From: Octopus sinensis
Taxonomy: Eukaryota
Direction of reading: 5' to 3'
Assembly (NCBI RefSeq): GCF_006345805.1
Contig: NC_043009.1
Coordinates: 12,214,001-12,278,000 of the forward strand
Length of the DNA: 64,000 bases
The translations under genes were made by a program, and so were the position numbers. Shown here one piece after another: positions 52,774-64,000 of this stretch. The notes below the pieces were generated by a model. It searched no databases and was not told the DNA's origin. It saw nothing but the letters and a program-made list of their open reading frames with translations. Numbering within the stretch: the first letter of the stretch is position 1; every line of letters begins with the position of its first letter.

Positions 52774-55070
52774 CAACGGGCCTCTTTCAGTTTCCGTCTA
52801 CCAAATCCACTCACAAGGCTTTGGTCGGCCCGAGGCTATAGTAGAAGACACTTGCCCAACAAGCCACGCAGTGGGACTGAACCTGAAACCATGTGGTTCG
52901 TAAGCAAGCTACTTACCACACAGCCACTCCACAACTATTATATCAAGGACGGTGTTCCGTATGACCATACTTATTTCAAAATAGGAGGATGCGATATAAT
53001 AGCAGCTTGGTTGTTATTTCTAGTAAGCCGATCGATCATGTGGATGGTCTCACGTTGGCACTCACATCAACATGCAGTAAGCAGTTGTGAGATTAAGTCT
53101 TGTACGTTTTGTCAGAAATGATTCATCTTAATTTTTTTTTTCTTTAGTTTTCGCTAAAAGTGAGCGCGAGAGTGTGTGCGTATGTAAGTATACGTACATG
53201 CATACGTGTGCGAGCGCGTGTGTGTGTGTATTTAAGTACGTATGTATATTTTTGTTTTTGGTTTATTCTACTGCAAGCATTCTTATAATCAGAAGACTCA
53301 GAAAAAAGATACTTGATACGAAGTGCAGCAATATATTTTATAAATATCACTTGTACTACTGTATAACTATTCCATTCCCAAACACCAACCCATCTCATAC
53401 ACACACCTTGCTCCAGAGTTTGACATGAGTAAAAATATTGCATCAAAACAACAAACGTAAACATAGATATAAACAAAAAAAAATCTTGCAAGAATCCAAA
53501 AGAAAACCGCAAAAGAAACAAACAGCAGATATGTACATACTAATATAGACATATACCTGTAATTAGAGAGAAAAGAAAATGAAAAACATTCACGTAAATA
53601 TTCACACAGATAAATTAACACATACAGACATATAAAAAGTATAAAAGTACATCAGTGTAAAGAGAAAAAATTACACGTAGAGATATTTTCATACATGAAA
53701 CAGCCATTTTAACTTACAGGCACACAATAGATACTAATGAAACAAGTCACATTTAAACGCATATTCATATAACGAATGTATGAATGCTGATGCGTAAAAG
53801 CAATAGAACATATTCGTATATAATAGTACAAACGTACACATACGTGCGCACACATAGAAAGAGGCATCATTAAAATTAGGTAAAATACTAAATAAAACAG
53901 GCGCACAAACACACTGACTCGTATAACGAAGAATAGCTAATCATACTACCTTTATTTCGCACGTATGCTTTTGACTGGTGTAATTTTACAGATAATGAAG
54001 AGCGAGTGCATATAATCTTACTTAGAAGTATATTCTTGCACGCTTGTAAAATGCTACAAATATTTATTGGGTATTGCAATGGGGGAGATGTTATCTTATT
54101 AAGGGTATCTTATAAGCACTCCAGGGTATGCTGCTATAAAGCTGTTCAGTGTTTTTCTTTTCTTTTTGTTTTCTCTATAGTGCTTTTAGATTTTTTGTTT
54201 CATTTTATTTTCAGTTAAAACAGACAGACAGTTATTGCCAAATTTGAGAAAGAAACAAAGATAAACGCACTTCTATGGTGCAATCGTTTACCAACTTTCT
54301 CCAGCCTTTGCTTATCGACATAATGTCGCGTGTCTCTTCGTCCCATTCTTTCTCTCACTCTCCTTCTCTCTCCCTCTTTCTCCCACCCTCGCTCTCTCTC
54401 ATTCTCTCACTCTCTCACTCTCTCATATCTATTGCTAGCGTACCCTTAATTTCTCCACCAACATCCTCAGGTCACCTAGTAATCACTATGCCCATGCCCT
54501 CCACCCCAGAACATCGGTTTGCTAGAATTCGCTCCCTAGGCATGTTTTATTTCCTGCAATCGTTCAGAGACGAACGCTAACCACATTAATCATATCGGCT
54601 TCAGATATACTCTCTTTACTTGTTTCAGTCATTTGACTGCGGCCATGCAGGAGCACCGCCTTTAGTCTAGCAAATCGACCCCGGGACTTATTCTTTGTAA
54701 GCCCAGTATTTATTCTATCGGTTCTCTTGCCGAACCGCTAATTGACGGAGATGTAAACACACCAGCATCAGTTGTCAAGCAATGCTAGGGGTCAAACAGA
54801 CACACAAATCCACTCACAAGGCTTTGGTCGGCCCGAGGCTATAGTAGAAGACACTTGCCCAAGATGCCACGCAATGAGACTGAACTCGGAAACATGTGGT
54901 TGGGAAGCAAGCTACTTTATTTCATAAAATTTGTCATCATGGACAGTACAAAGAGTGTGTAGCTTTGCGGACTGGACAAACACATTAATGAATGAAAATG
55001 AAATAGAATGAATAAATGAGAGACGAAACCCAACACCCGCCGATTGGATTTTTCTCGAAAACATATTTTC

Positions 55071-55945
55071 TTTTTTTTTTTAAATCAATATGAGGTTTCA
55101 AACCTCTTACAAGAAGGAGGCACTAAAACCTCTTACTTAACATGTTTTTTTAAACACCCAATTGAGGTTATAAACCACTACAAATAATACAATAAGATGA
55201 TGTTTCAAACCCTATAACGAGGGTCTTTCACCTCCTACTCTTCGATATATCCATCGATATATTCATCATTATCTTCAATGCCGCTTGAGTTCCTGTATCC
55301 CGCCATTTCCCATGCCTCACTCATGTAGGACATGTAAGTCGTGTAAGGGCCACCCGGCCATATGCGACACTCCTCTCCAAATCCTTTAAGCCTTTGCCAC
55401 AAGGGAAACCTTATGATCTCCACAGCTATCTGCGGAGGCCATTCGGGATCCCGTGTGAAGGGCATATCTACTGTCTCTTTATGTTCTTCTACTATTTTTT
55501 CCACCTCCCCGCCCTTATAGAAAAAGATAATTAATTCATCATCTTTAAGGGTGGGGTGATTTCTTCCACCGTGGGTAGCACAACTTCAGGACATGCAGAC
55601 GGCACATCATCTCCCCGCTGAGATGACCTGTTCTTCCTTCTTTTATTTTTCTGTTCTTCCGCTTTGTCCGGAGACTCTCCCCTGCCTCCCGAAGCCTTAG
55701 GTTCCTTCGGCGGGCAGATATTGTTGCCCGCCTTCTTCCTTTTTAATCCTTTTTGAGTTGAGGAGGCTGAAGCCTCCTCGACCACATCCACCTCTCCCTT
55801 TGACCGGGGAGTTGGCATCTAGTGACTGTTCCAGGACCTTACCATGGTCCTGGGGGCAGTTCTTTTTAATGTGACATGACTGCAGGCACGAGTGACACTT
55901 GGGGGGACGTCCCTCAAGTATCACCGGATACCTGCAGCCAGCCAT
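55071..55945 (-). mobile_element. Gag/ORF1-like retroelement remnant with zinc knuckle, 3' palindrome array and poly(A)
   Basis: VILEGRPPKCHSCLQSCHIKKNCP (CX2CX4HX4C), then Lys-rich and acidic segments, a stop near 55235 and an A-run at 55082-55071. Confidence 0.6.
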
Positions 55946-57073
55946 TTTATATTTAAAATAAATTGAATGTCCTTCGAATCAGTTAAGAGCTATTGGCGAA
56001 GAACGAACCGTCCATTTTCTGATTTGGGGAGGTGGGACTACAATTTCATAGGTTTTCTTGAAAAGTTATATGATGTTCCTCCAAGCAGATCCAGTGAATT
56101 TTATTATCACCGTGATCACCGTGACCGACCAGGCTATCAGATGTTGTTACACATCGCTGGTCACAATGCGCATCGCATTGTTTTAGCCTTCAAATGACGC
56201 CACTCCGCTGGCTAAGCGGGCAGGCCAACAGAAGAAAGAATGAAAGTTGTGGCGAAAGAGTACAACTGGGATCGCCACCCCTGCCCCCTGCCGGAGCCTC
56301 GTGGAGCTTTAGATGTTTTCGCTCAATAAACACTCACGACGCGCGGACTGGGAATCGAAACCGCGGTCCTACGACTGCGAGTCCGCTGCCCTAACCACTG
56401 GGCCATTGCGCCTCCACGAATTTTATTATGCAAGCAATAAAATACTTATGGTGAAAGACTAAACAAAGTATTTACTTCCGAAAGAGAGTTATAATTCAAA
56501 ATGGAAAAATATTTAATATCGAAACCGCTATTTTACGCGATGAGGTGTCCTTTCACATTCTCCATGTGGTAAATATTCTATTTCGTCACCGAGCTGCAGT
56601 ACACAAGCAATTAAAAAAGCAATTTCCATATCAGAATTGAGACAGAAAACAGTTATATCTTGTGACGGCATTTTTAATGTTATCACACACACTTTCTTTC
56701 TCTTTCTCTCTCTCCCTCTCTCTCTCGCACACACATATAAGTACGTATTACTTGGGTGCGAGAGAGAAAGTGTGTGCTTGTGTGTTTAGGTATGTGTGTA
56801 TCCATATACATTTGAATCCGTGTGTCTACATGGGAATATGTTATTTCCATTTACTATTTTTTTTTAATATTTAAAGAACGAGTTGGTTTCTGACAAAGAC
56901 GCAAAGTCCATTGCAGGTATTTAGGTAGCAACAACTGTGAAAATAACACAATGTCGAACATCTGAAATTTTTACACATATTCATATACACAAGCGATATA
57001 TATGCATATATGTATGTGCATGTCTGTTTGTATATATATGTATATATATTAATGCATATATATACATGTATAT

Positions 57074-57115
<42 letters not shown>

Positions 57116-57117
57116 AT

Positions 57118-57279
57118 AGGCGCAGGGATCGCTGTGTGGTAAGTAGCTTGCTTACTAACCACATGGTTCTGGGTTCACTCCCACTTCGTCGCACCTTGGG
57201 CAAGTGCCTTCTACTATAGCCAGGCCGACCAAAGCCTGGTGAGTGAATTTGGTAGACGGAACTGAAAGAAGCTCGTCGC

Positions 57280-57321
<42 letters not shown>

Positions 57322-57545
57322 CTGTGTGTGTGTGTGTGTGTGTTTGTGTGCTTGTGCTTGTTCCCCCACCATCACTTGACAACCGATGTTGGTACGTTTA
57401 CGTCTCCGTAACTTACTGGTTCAGCAAAAGGAGTCGATAGAATAAGTACTAGGCTTACAAAGAATAAGTCCGGAGATCGTTTTGCTCGACTAAAGGCAGT
57501 GGTCCAGCATGGCCGCAGTCAAATAACTGAAACAAGTAAAAGAAT
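57118..57545 (+). mobile_element. CORE-type SINE, full length, plus strand
   Basis: GGCGCAGGGATCGCTGTGTGGTAAG head, CACCTTGGGCAAGTGCCTTCTACTATAGCC, internal (TG)n, tail ACTGAAACAAGTAAAAGA. Confidence 0.85.
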
Positions 57546-57630
57546 AAAATAATGCATATACCTCTCTCGGTCTCTCTTTTTCACTCTCTCTCTCTCACAG
57601 ATATACACACATACATATATATATATATAT

Positions 57631-57790
57631 TCTGTTGTGTCTGGGGAGAGTCAAAGCTATTGAAAAGGTTGCAAGACGCAACGAAAATTTTAGAAAATAA
57701 AAATAAGAAATAAGTGGAAATTTTACCGGTGAATGTGTTAAATAATAACGTACTAAAAAGAATGACTCTCCCCAGACACCAGAATATGCT
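57631..57790 (+). mobile_element. PLE-like terminal repeat with short inverted end and tentative U3-A8 HHR-like motif
   Basis: 57631-57653 is the inverse of the far end. TTGAAAA(57660-66)-G-GTTGC/GCAAC-GAAA-ATTTT..GGAAATTTT. Confidence 0.55.
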
Positions 57791-57811
57791 TCATCCAAAA
57801 ATGAAATACAT

Positions 57812-57869
<58 letters not shown>

Positions 57870-57882
57870 CATATATATATAC

Positions 57883-57949
<67 letters not shown>

Positions 57950-57958
57950 ATATATATA

Positions 57959-58014
<56 letters not shown>

Positions 58015-58545
58015 TATATATGTATATATATACATGGATATATATACATGGATATGCGTATTTGTATGTGTGTGTGTGTGCGCGTGCGTATGCTTATAAG
58101 ATGTGCTTTGTACAAGTGGAATAAAGGAAAAAGAACAAAAGTAAAATGAAGAATTTTAAAATCAAACTAGAACAGAGTTCCCTTCATCTATTGCTATCTT
58201 GCTGTCAAAACCCTTAAATAACTTTATTGTTCAACAAACTTGACTCCACTGACATTCTCATGAAGCGTTATATCGTTGCCCACAGCCTTACATTAAATTC
58301 TAGCGAAAATAATTCTTTATTCTAGTGATGCGGAAGAACACCATCTCTTTTATCTTTTGTTTCGCTTATTGGACTGCGCCCATACTGGGGCACTGCCTTG
58401 AAGAATTTTTCTTCGAATGTATTGATCCCAGTGCCCATTTTCTTTTTAAAGTTTGGTACTTATTCTATCGGTCTCTTTGCCAAACCATTGAAATACAGGG
58501 ACGTAAATATACCAACATCGGTTGCCAAACGATGGTGGTGCACAA

Positions 58546-58592
<47 letters not shown>

Positions 58593-58608
58593 TATATATA
58601 TATATTTA

Positions 58609-58639
<31 letters not shown>

Positions 58640-59849
58640 CGACGGGATTCTTTCAGTTTCCGTCAGCCAAATCCATTCACAAGGCTTTAATCGGCCCGAG
58701 GCTATAGACGAAAACATTTGCCAAAAGTAGCATGCAGTAGGATTGAACCCTGGATCACGTGGTTGGGGAGAAAGCTTCTTACCGCACAGTCACGGCTGTT
58801 CCTCTATTTAATAATCATTAACACTCATTAGAAACCGCACTTAATTTTTAAATACAACTTTAAACTAATGTGCGATTTTAACTTAATTTACTTCATTTTA
58901 AGCCTTATTTTGTCTTCAGTTTAATTTCAAATGAAATCTAGCTTAATGCTTTTAACAGTGTCATTAAATCAAAGTCTTCTTTTGTGTTAACCAATCTTCC
59001 ACTCAGTGATTATAGGGATTTATTTGAACGATAGGGAAGAGAAGAAGAGAATTTGTGTTTATGTATCTGCATGTGATTGTATGCCACATATAGTGTGTAA
59101 TATGTGTATTGAGTGGTGTATGCTGTCATGTGTGTGTGTGTGTGAGTCCCTTTCCCCCAATTCTCCAATGTTAAGCCATTAGACGTGTAAATATTACAAG
59201 CCTGAAAAAATAACAAAGAATTTTTGATAAAATTACTCCGATGTGGAGTCATTTAACTATGCTACCCCATCCATCCACATCTAATTTAAAGTTCAGATGT
59301 ATTTTAATTAAGCTTTCCCTCCACTGGAATAGTGATGTCTGAAACATTATATGAGCACAAAATCTTTATCGTTCTTCCATTACTTCTTGCTTTATCCTTA
59401 AGCCTGAGGAGGCGGGGTAGTGGCCAGCGTATGGGTTGCTGATGTTCAGCTTAAACTTCTGTTAGTTGATGCCGTTCAAAGAAAACATTGGCGGGGTAGT
59501 TCTAGAGCGTTGTAGATACGGATATATGTGTGTGGGCAAAGGTTTTGTGGCTGCGAGAATAAATTTTTTTAATCGAGTAGGGCTACAAATGATGGTATTA
59601 AGTGTGGAAGCAGTTTTGAAAATGGTAGTTTATGCACATATTATTTTGTGTTTTTTTGCGTGGGGCAGCAAACTCAAGGACCCCCCTTGGCAACACAAAT
59701 TCTAGCTACACCATTGGGTTATACATTGCTAAACTGGTCTAACACGCCACCTGATTTAGCCCACCCGCCCTTTTTGACCTCGGAGTGCTTACATTTGGAC
59801 GTGTTCGATCAGTTACGAACATTCTAATAGTCCAAAGTTTACTGTTATA

Positions 59850-60521
59850 CAGGGTGTCCACAAAGTCTGAGCTGGCAGAAACATTAGCACGCCGGGCAAA
59901 ATGCTTAGTGGTATTTCGTCTGTCGTTACGTTCTGAGTTCAAATTCCGCCGAGGTCGACTTTACCTTTCATCCTTTCGGGGTCGATAAATAAAGTACCAG
60001 TTACACACTGGGGTCAATGTAATCGACTTAATACCTATGTCTGTCCTTGTTTGTCCCTTTGTCCCCTCTATGTTCAGCCCCTGGTGGGTAATAAAGAAAT
60101 AGGTATATGGAGTAAATAAAATGATAACATAAACAATTAAGTATAAGAAATAATAATTTTCATTTTTTACTTTTGTTTAAATTAAATTTAAAAAATACTT
60201 TACTTTTCTAAATGCTGGTTAAGGAAAAGTTTCATCCAGACAAGCTACAGATATTGCATCACTTAAATGAAGACGACCCTGATAGACGAATGGAGATGTG
60301 CGAATGGTTTTCAGATAAATTGGATGAAAAGATCAATTTTACTAAAATGTAGACTTATTTAATTGAGTTCACCTGAATTTTGCAAGGCGCATCAAATTAT
60401 GCAATGGAAATGATGGAAATCATGTTGAAAGTATTATTTATTAACATTATAATTAAATAAAATTGTTTTGTTTTGAAAGTATGTGTTAATCCTCATGGAC
60501 CCAGACTTTGTGGACACCCTG
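59850..60521 (+). mobile_element. Internally deleted Tc1/mariner element with both TIRs and a SINE inserted in the left TIR
   Basis: TA-CAGGGTGTCCACAAAGTCTG ... CAGACTTTGTGGACACCCTG-TA. Internal KFHPDKLQILHHLNEDDPDRRMEMCEW resembles the HPYK..D..RR..FC transposase motif. Meta-type SINE at 59869-60104. Confidence 0.85.
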
Positions 60522-61019
60522 TAGATATACACATAAACACACATTCACACACACACACACATATATCACACATGTATGTGTGTGTGTGCGTGTGTCTGTC
60601 TGTTCCTGTGTGTTTGTGCGTGTGTGTGTGTGTGTCTATCTGTTTGTGCGTGTGTGTTTGAGTGTGTGTGTGTGTATACACACACATAGTTTGCTGTTCC
60701 GTTATTAGTAGGGTCGACTTTTCGTTTATTTGCTGTCGGGTTGTTTAAGGCTGATCTTCTTTTAGATCCTTCTCGTGAGATGGGGAACTGTAAACTGAAA
60801 CCCAAATCTTCTGATTGGGTAATTTTTATAAACAGGATCTTTCAAAGGAGTTCTGTTAAATATATCACTTATACTACGATGTTAAGTTTTTAAATGCTTA
60901 CTACATTAACTGATTAATTTTGGGGATGTAGTTTAGTCTGTGTGCGTGTGTAACAACCAAATTGTTAGATTATTATATGGTGTATGGCACTCGTGCCTTG
61001 TAGGTAACCATCGGCGCCC

Positions 61020-61233
61020 GCCAGTACGTTTCAACCTTTGACCCAGAGATGTGTTTCCACTCTCAGCCCTGTTTAGTGATATTGCAGCAGCAACTACTCT
61101 AAAAAAAAAATTGGACAAATATTTTGTGTATCGTAGAAGTATAAGCAATTTGTTGGACATAAACTCTAAACACAGTCTTGTATTATGGACCCCTAAGGGC
61201 CATACGGTCCCCGGCTGAGAACCGCTGATCTAG
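61020..61233 (+). mobile_element. hAT/Charlie-like 3' end
   Basis: Terminal ggtccccggctgagaaccgctg followed by atctaga resembles a Charlie-type TIR and NTCTAGAN target. Confidence 0.45.
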
Positions 61234-61412
61234 ACCAAGCTTATGAAATATTTACCGACCAACTCGGCGCTTCAGAGTTTGTTTACAATATTAATGTAAT
61301 AAAATAAAGTAATACATTTACACGCACACACACACACATATATATGTGTCGCCATGATAGATCGTTAGCCACTACACACACTTTCTTTCTCTCCTTGATT
61401 TTTCTGTGTCCC

Positions 61413-61446
61413 TTTCTGTAGAAGAGCGTAGGCTCGAAACGTAAAA
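61413..61446 (+). ncRNA. Minimal HHR-like motif with A6-to-U core change
   Basis: TTT-CTGTAGA-A-GAGC-gtag-GCTC-GAAA-CGT-A^AAA. Confidence 0.45.
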
Positions 61447-62279
61447 TACTTTTTCTATTCCTGAGTGTTATACTAATACATCTGTTTGTTTTGTACACCA
61501 CCTGTCTTCGTCTTTTGTTTTTTTCGTAAACTCTCCCGATATATATATATATATATATCAAAATAAGCAACAAGGATACAATCATTACATCAATTTTAAA
61601 TGCAGAGTAATATTCAGCTGCACATTAGTATAATTATACTACTGTATCTATTTTAAATTGATGTCATCATTGCATTGTTCAATTAAATGTAGTTGCATGA
61701 AACGATCGTACTGCATTACCTCTGGATATCCTTGTTGCTTATTTTAATTTTAATCACCTTACTTTCAAATTGTATGGATAATACCATACTAAATTCTGGT
61801 GCCTTAACTTAAGTGCCTTGTGAGCAGTTTTGGTAAGTGGAAACTGAAAGAAGCCCGTCGTATATATGTGTGTGTGTGTGTGCCTTTCGGTTTGTTTGTC
61901 ACCCCACCATCACTTGACAACCAATGTGGTGTGTTTACGTTGCCGTATCTTAGCGGTTCGGCAAAAGAGAACTATAGAATAAGTACTAGGCTTACAAAGA
62001 ACATGTCCTGGGGTGGATTCCTTCGACTAAAACACTCCTTAAGGCAGTGCCCCAGCATGGTCGCAGTCAAATGGCTGAAAGAAACAAGTAAAATAATAAA
62101 AGAAGGAATAATCTATATATATATATATATATATATAAAGGGTGGGTGTTAAGGGCACAGATAGTGTGCCTAAAGCCAGCTGGAGACGATGATCTTCTGG
62201 GGCTAAAAGCTACAGTAACACCCACCCTTTGTGGTTAGCCATATTGAGATGGCTATTATACTTTACAATATTTTAATTG

Positions 62280-62322
62280 TTACAGTTGAAAAGGTCTCAA
62301 ATGGCCGAAACCGGTACTGAAA
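62280..62322 (+). ncRNA. Type I hammerhead ribozyme, U3-A8 core variant (same family as 25013)
   Basis: TTACAG-TTGAAAA-GGTC-tcaaat-GGCC-GAAA-CCGG-TA^CTGAAA. Stem II keeps pairing through a U-G wobble. Confidence 0.72.
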
Positions 62323-62408
62323 TGTTCTTTATAAAATTATTTTAGCATTTTCTATCTTGACTTGTTTTTTCATATCTATCAACACGTGTGTCCCTTTTCA
62401 TCCTTACA

Positions 62409-62460
<52 letters not shown>

Positions 62461-62910
62461 AATAAGTCAATAATGCCTATATGTTCTTCGCTGAAGTCGT
62501 TGCCGAATCTGAAGAGAGGAATATTTCGAATGTAGTTTTGGGAAAATTTATATTTGGTTGTTATGAGGGAGTAGCGTTGATAAAGAACAGGAAAATGTTG
62601 GATATGAGTCATTGCTATTCAAGTGTATATAATGTGTAGTGTTGTAGATAAGCTTCGTTCATGTGATGAGTCATTGCATATCTTTTGTGCAGTTTAATGA
62701 TATTATGTCCTTTCTCATTGGAGTTTGTTTTCAAGGTCTCTCACTTACTTGTATAAATACTGCTTCATGGCATTTCGTCCGTACTTACGTTCTGAGTTCT
62801 ATTTCCGCCGTGATTGACTTTGCTTTCATCTTTTTTGAGTCGATGAAATAAGTACCAGTTCAACTTACCTCGCCCTTCAAATTGTTGGCCTTGCGCCAAA
62901 ATTTAAAACC

Positions 62911-62911
<1 letters not shown>

Positions 62912-62963
<52 letters not shown>

Positions 62964-63105
62964 CAATAATATTATGTTTTTTCCTTCTTTCTTCAAATTT
63001 TCTTCCGTTTCTCGACGAGTGTTTTCCATACACCTAGGGCAGAGAAGGGCATTGTGTGCATTCCCAGATTACACTCGCAAATTCACAGATAAAATATGTA
63101 TTTAA
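62912..63105 (-). mobile_element. LINE 3' UTR with (AAT)n tail, possibly Dong/R4
   Basis: Minus strand CCCTAGGTGTATGGAAAACACTCG..GAAAATTTGAAGAAAG runs into (AAT)n. Confidence 0.4.
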
Positions 63106-63203
63106 AAATTAATAAATATATTCATGGATGGATGTTATTTTCACAACGATAGTGCTCTTCTCAGTACAGGAGCCGTTCCAGTTAATACGATTGAGACGTT
63201 CCA

Positions 63204-63271
<68 letters not shown>

Positions 63272-63273
63272 CA

Positions 63274-63324
<51 letters not shown>

Positions 63325-63855
63325 TATTATTATTATGATGATGCTGGTGAGCTGGCAGAATCGTTAGCACGTCGGACAAAAAGCTTAGTGATAGTTCTTC
63401 TGGCTGTAAACGTTCTAAGTTCAAATCCCATCGAGGTCAACTTTGTTTTTATCCTTTCGGGGTTGATAAAATAAAGTACCCGTCGAGTACTACAGTTAAT
63501 ACGATCGACTAACCCCACTCTCACTAAAATGGCTGGTTTTCTGCTATAATTAAATTAAGTATTACTTTGGTTTGAAGACGTATGTGACTTTGTTGAGGGT
63601 ACTTTCTTTGGAGTTCGAGAAACTGGAGGAATGTATTTTCTTATCAAATAATTCAAAGCAGTATCCCTCAAGGTGGCGACACAGGCACCAACGTTGCGGC
63701 AGGGCAATATTTTGGTGACGCGTTTGTTAGTTCAGAAATTAGTAAGAAACGAATAAACTTTGCAATAAAGTTTTAACTAACACTCCTTCTGAACACACAC
63801 ACAGACACACACACACAAACACACACACAAACACACACATAAACACACACACACA

Positions 63856-63936
<81 letters not shown>

Positions 63937-63937
63937 G

Positions 63938-64000
63938 CAGGAATCCCTCGACTATCGCGTGTGTTACTTTCCACCACCACAACCACCGCGATAGATTACA
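63938..64000 (+). mobile_element. Possible pogo/Tigger-type left TIR running off the window
   Basis: CAGGAATCCCTCGACTATCGCG resembles Tigger-type termini. Confidence 0.4.

Noticed and set aside
56540-56596. Minus-strand 57-nt exon candidate (LGDEIEYLPHGECERTPHR)
   Set aside because: The acceptor is plausible, but the donor is weak, the peptide is unrecognised, and the strand conflicts with the other candidates.
62500-62545. CTGAAGAGAGGAATATTTCGAATGTAG as a hammerhead
   Set aside because: GAAA is mutated and stems I and III cannot be formed.

Overview
AT-rich, repeat-saturated animal DNA. The SINE families and the microsatellite load point to an octopus genome (inference). I can support no intact protein-coding host gene, and most ORFs in the track are microsatellite translations. 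The window is a mosaic of tRNA-derived SINEs (CORE-type, Meta-type, OK-like), decayed LINEs (Hero/R2-like, RTE, CR1, Tx1/L1, Dong/R4), Penelope-like (PLE) remnants, Tc1/mariner and other DNA-transposon relics, and MITEs. The main signal is a set of type I hammerhead ribozyme (HHR) motifs from about six distinct repeat families. Several carry a compensatory U3-A8 catalytic core (TTGAAAA in place of CTGAnGA). One family forms a 357-bp tandem-plus-inverted array (5141-6270) resembling a retrozyme or PLE pseudo-LTR. Other points of interest: a consensus CTCF motif, a candidate exon with textbook splice signals, SINE tail swapping, a gag-only poly(A)-tailed element with a 3' palindrome array, and duplications that may be long-read assembly artefacts. 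All calls were made by eye; boundaries of decayed elements are approximate.
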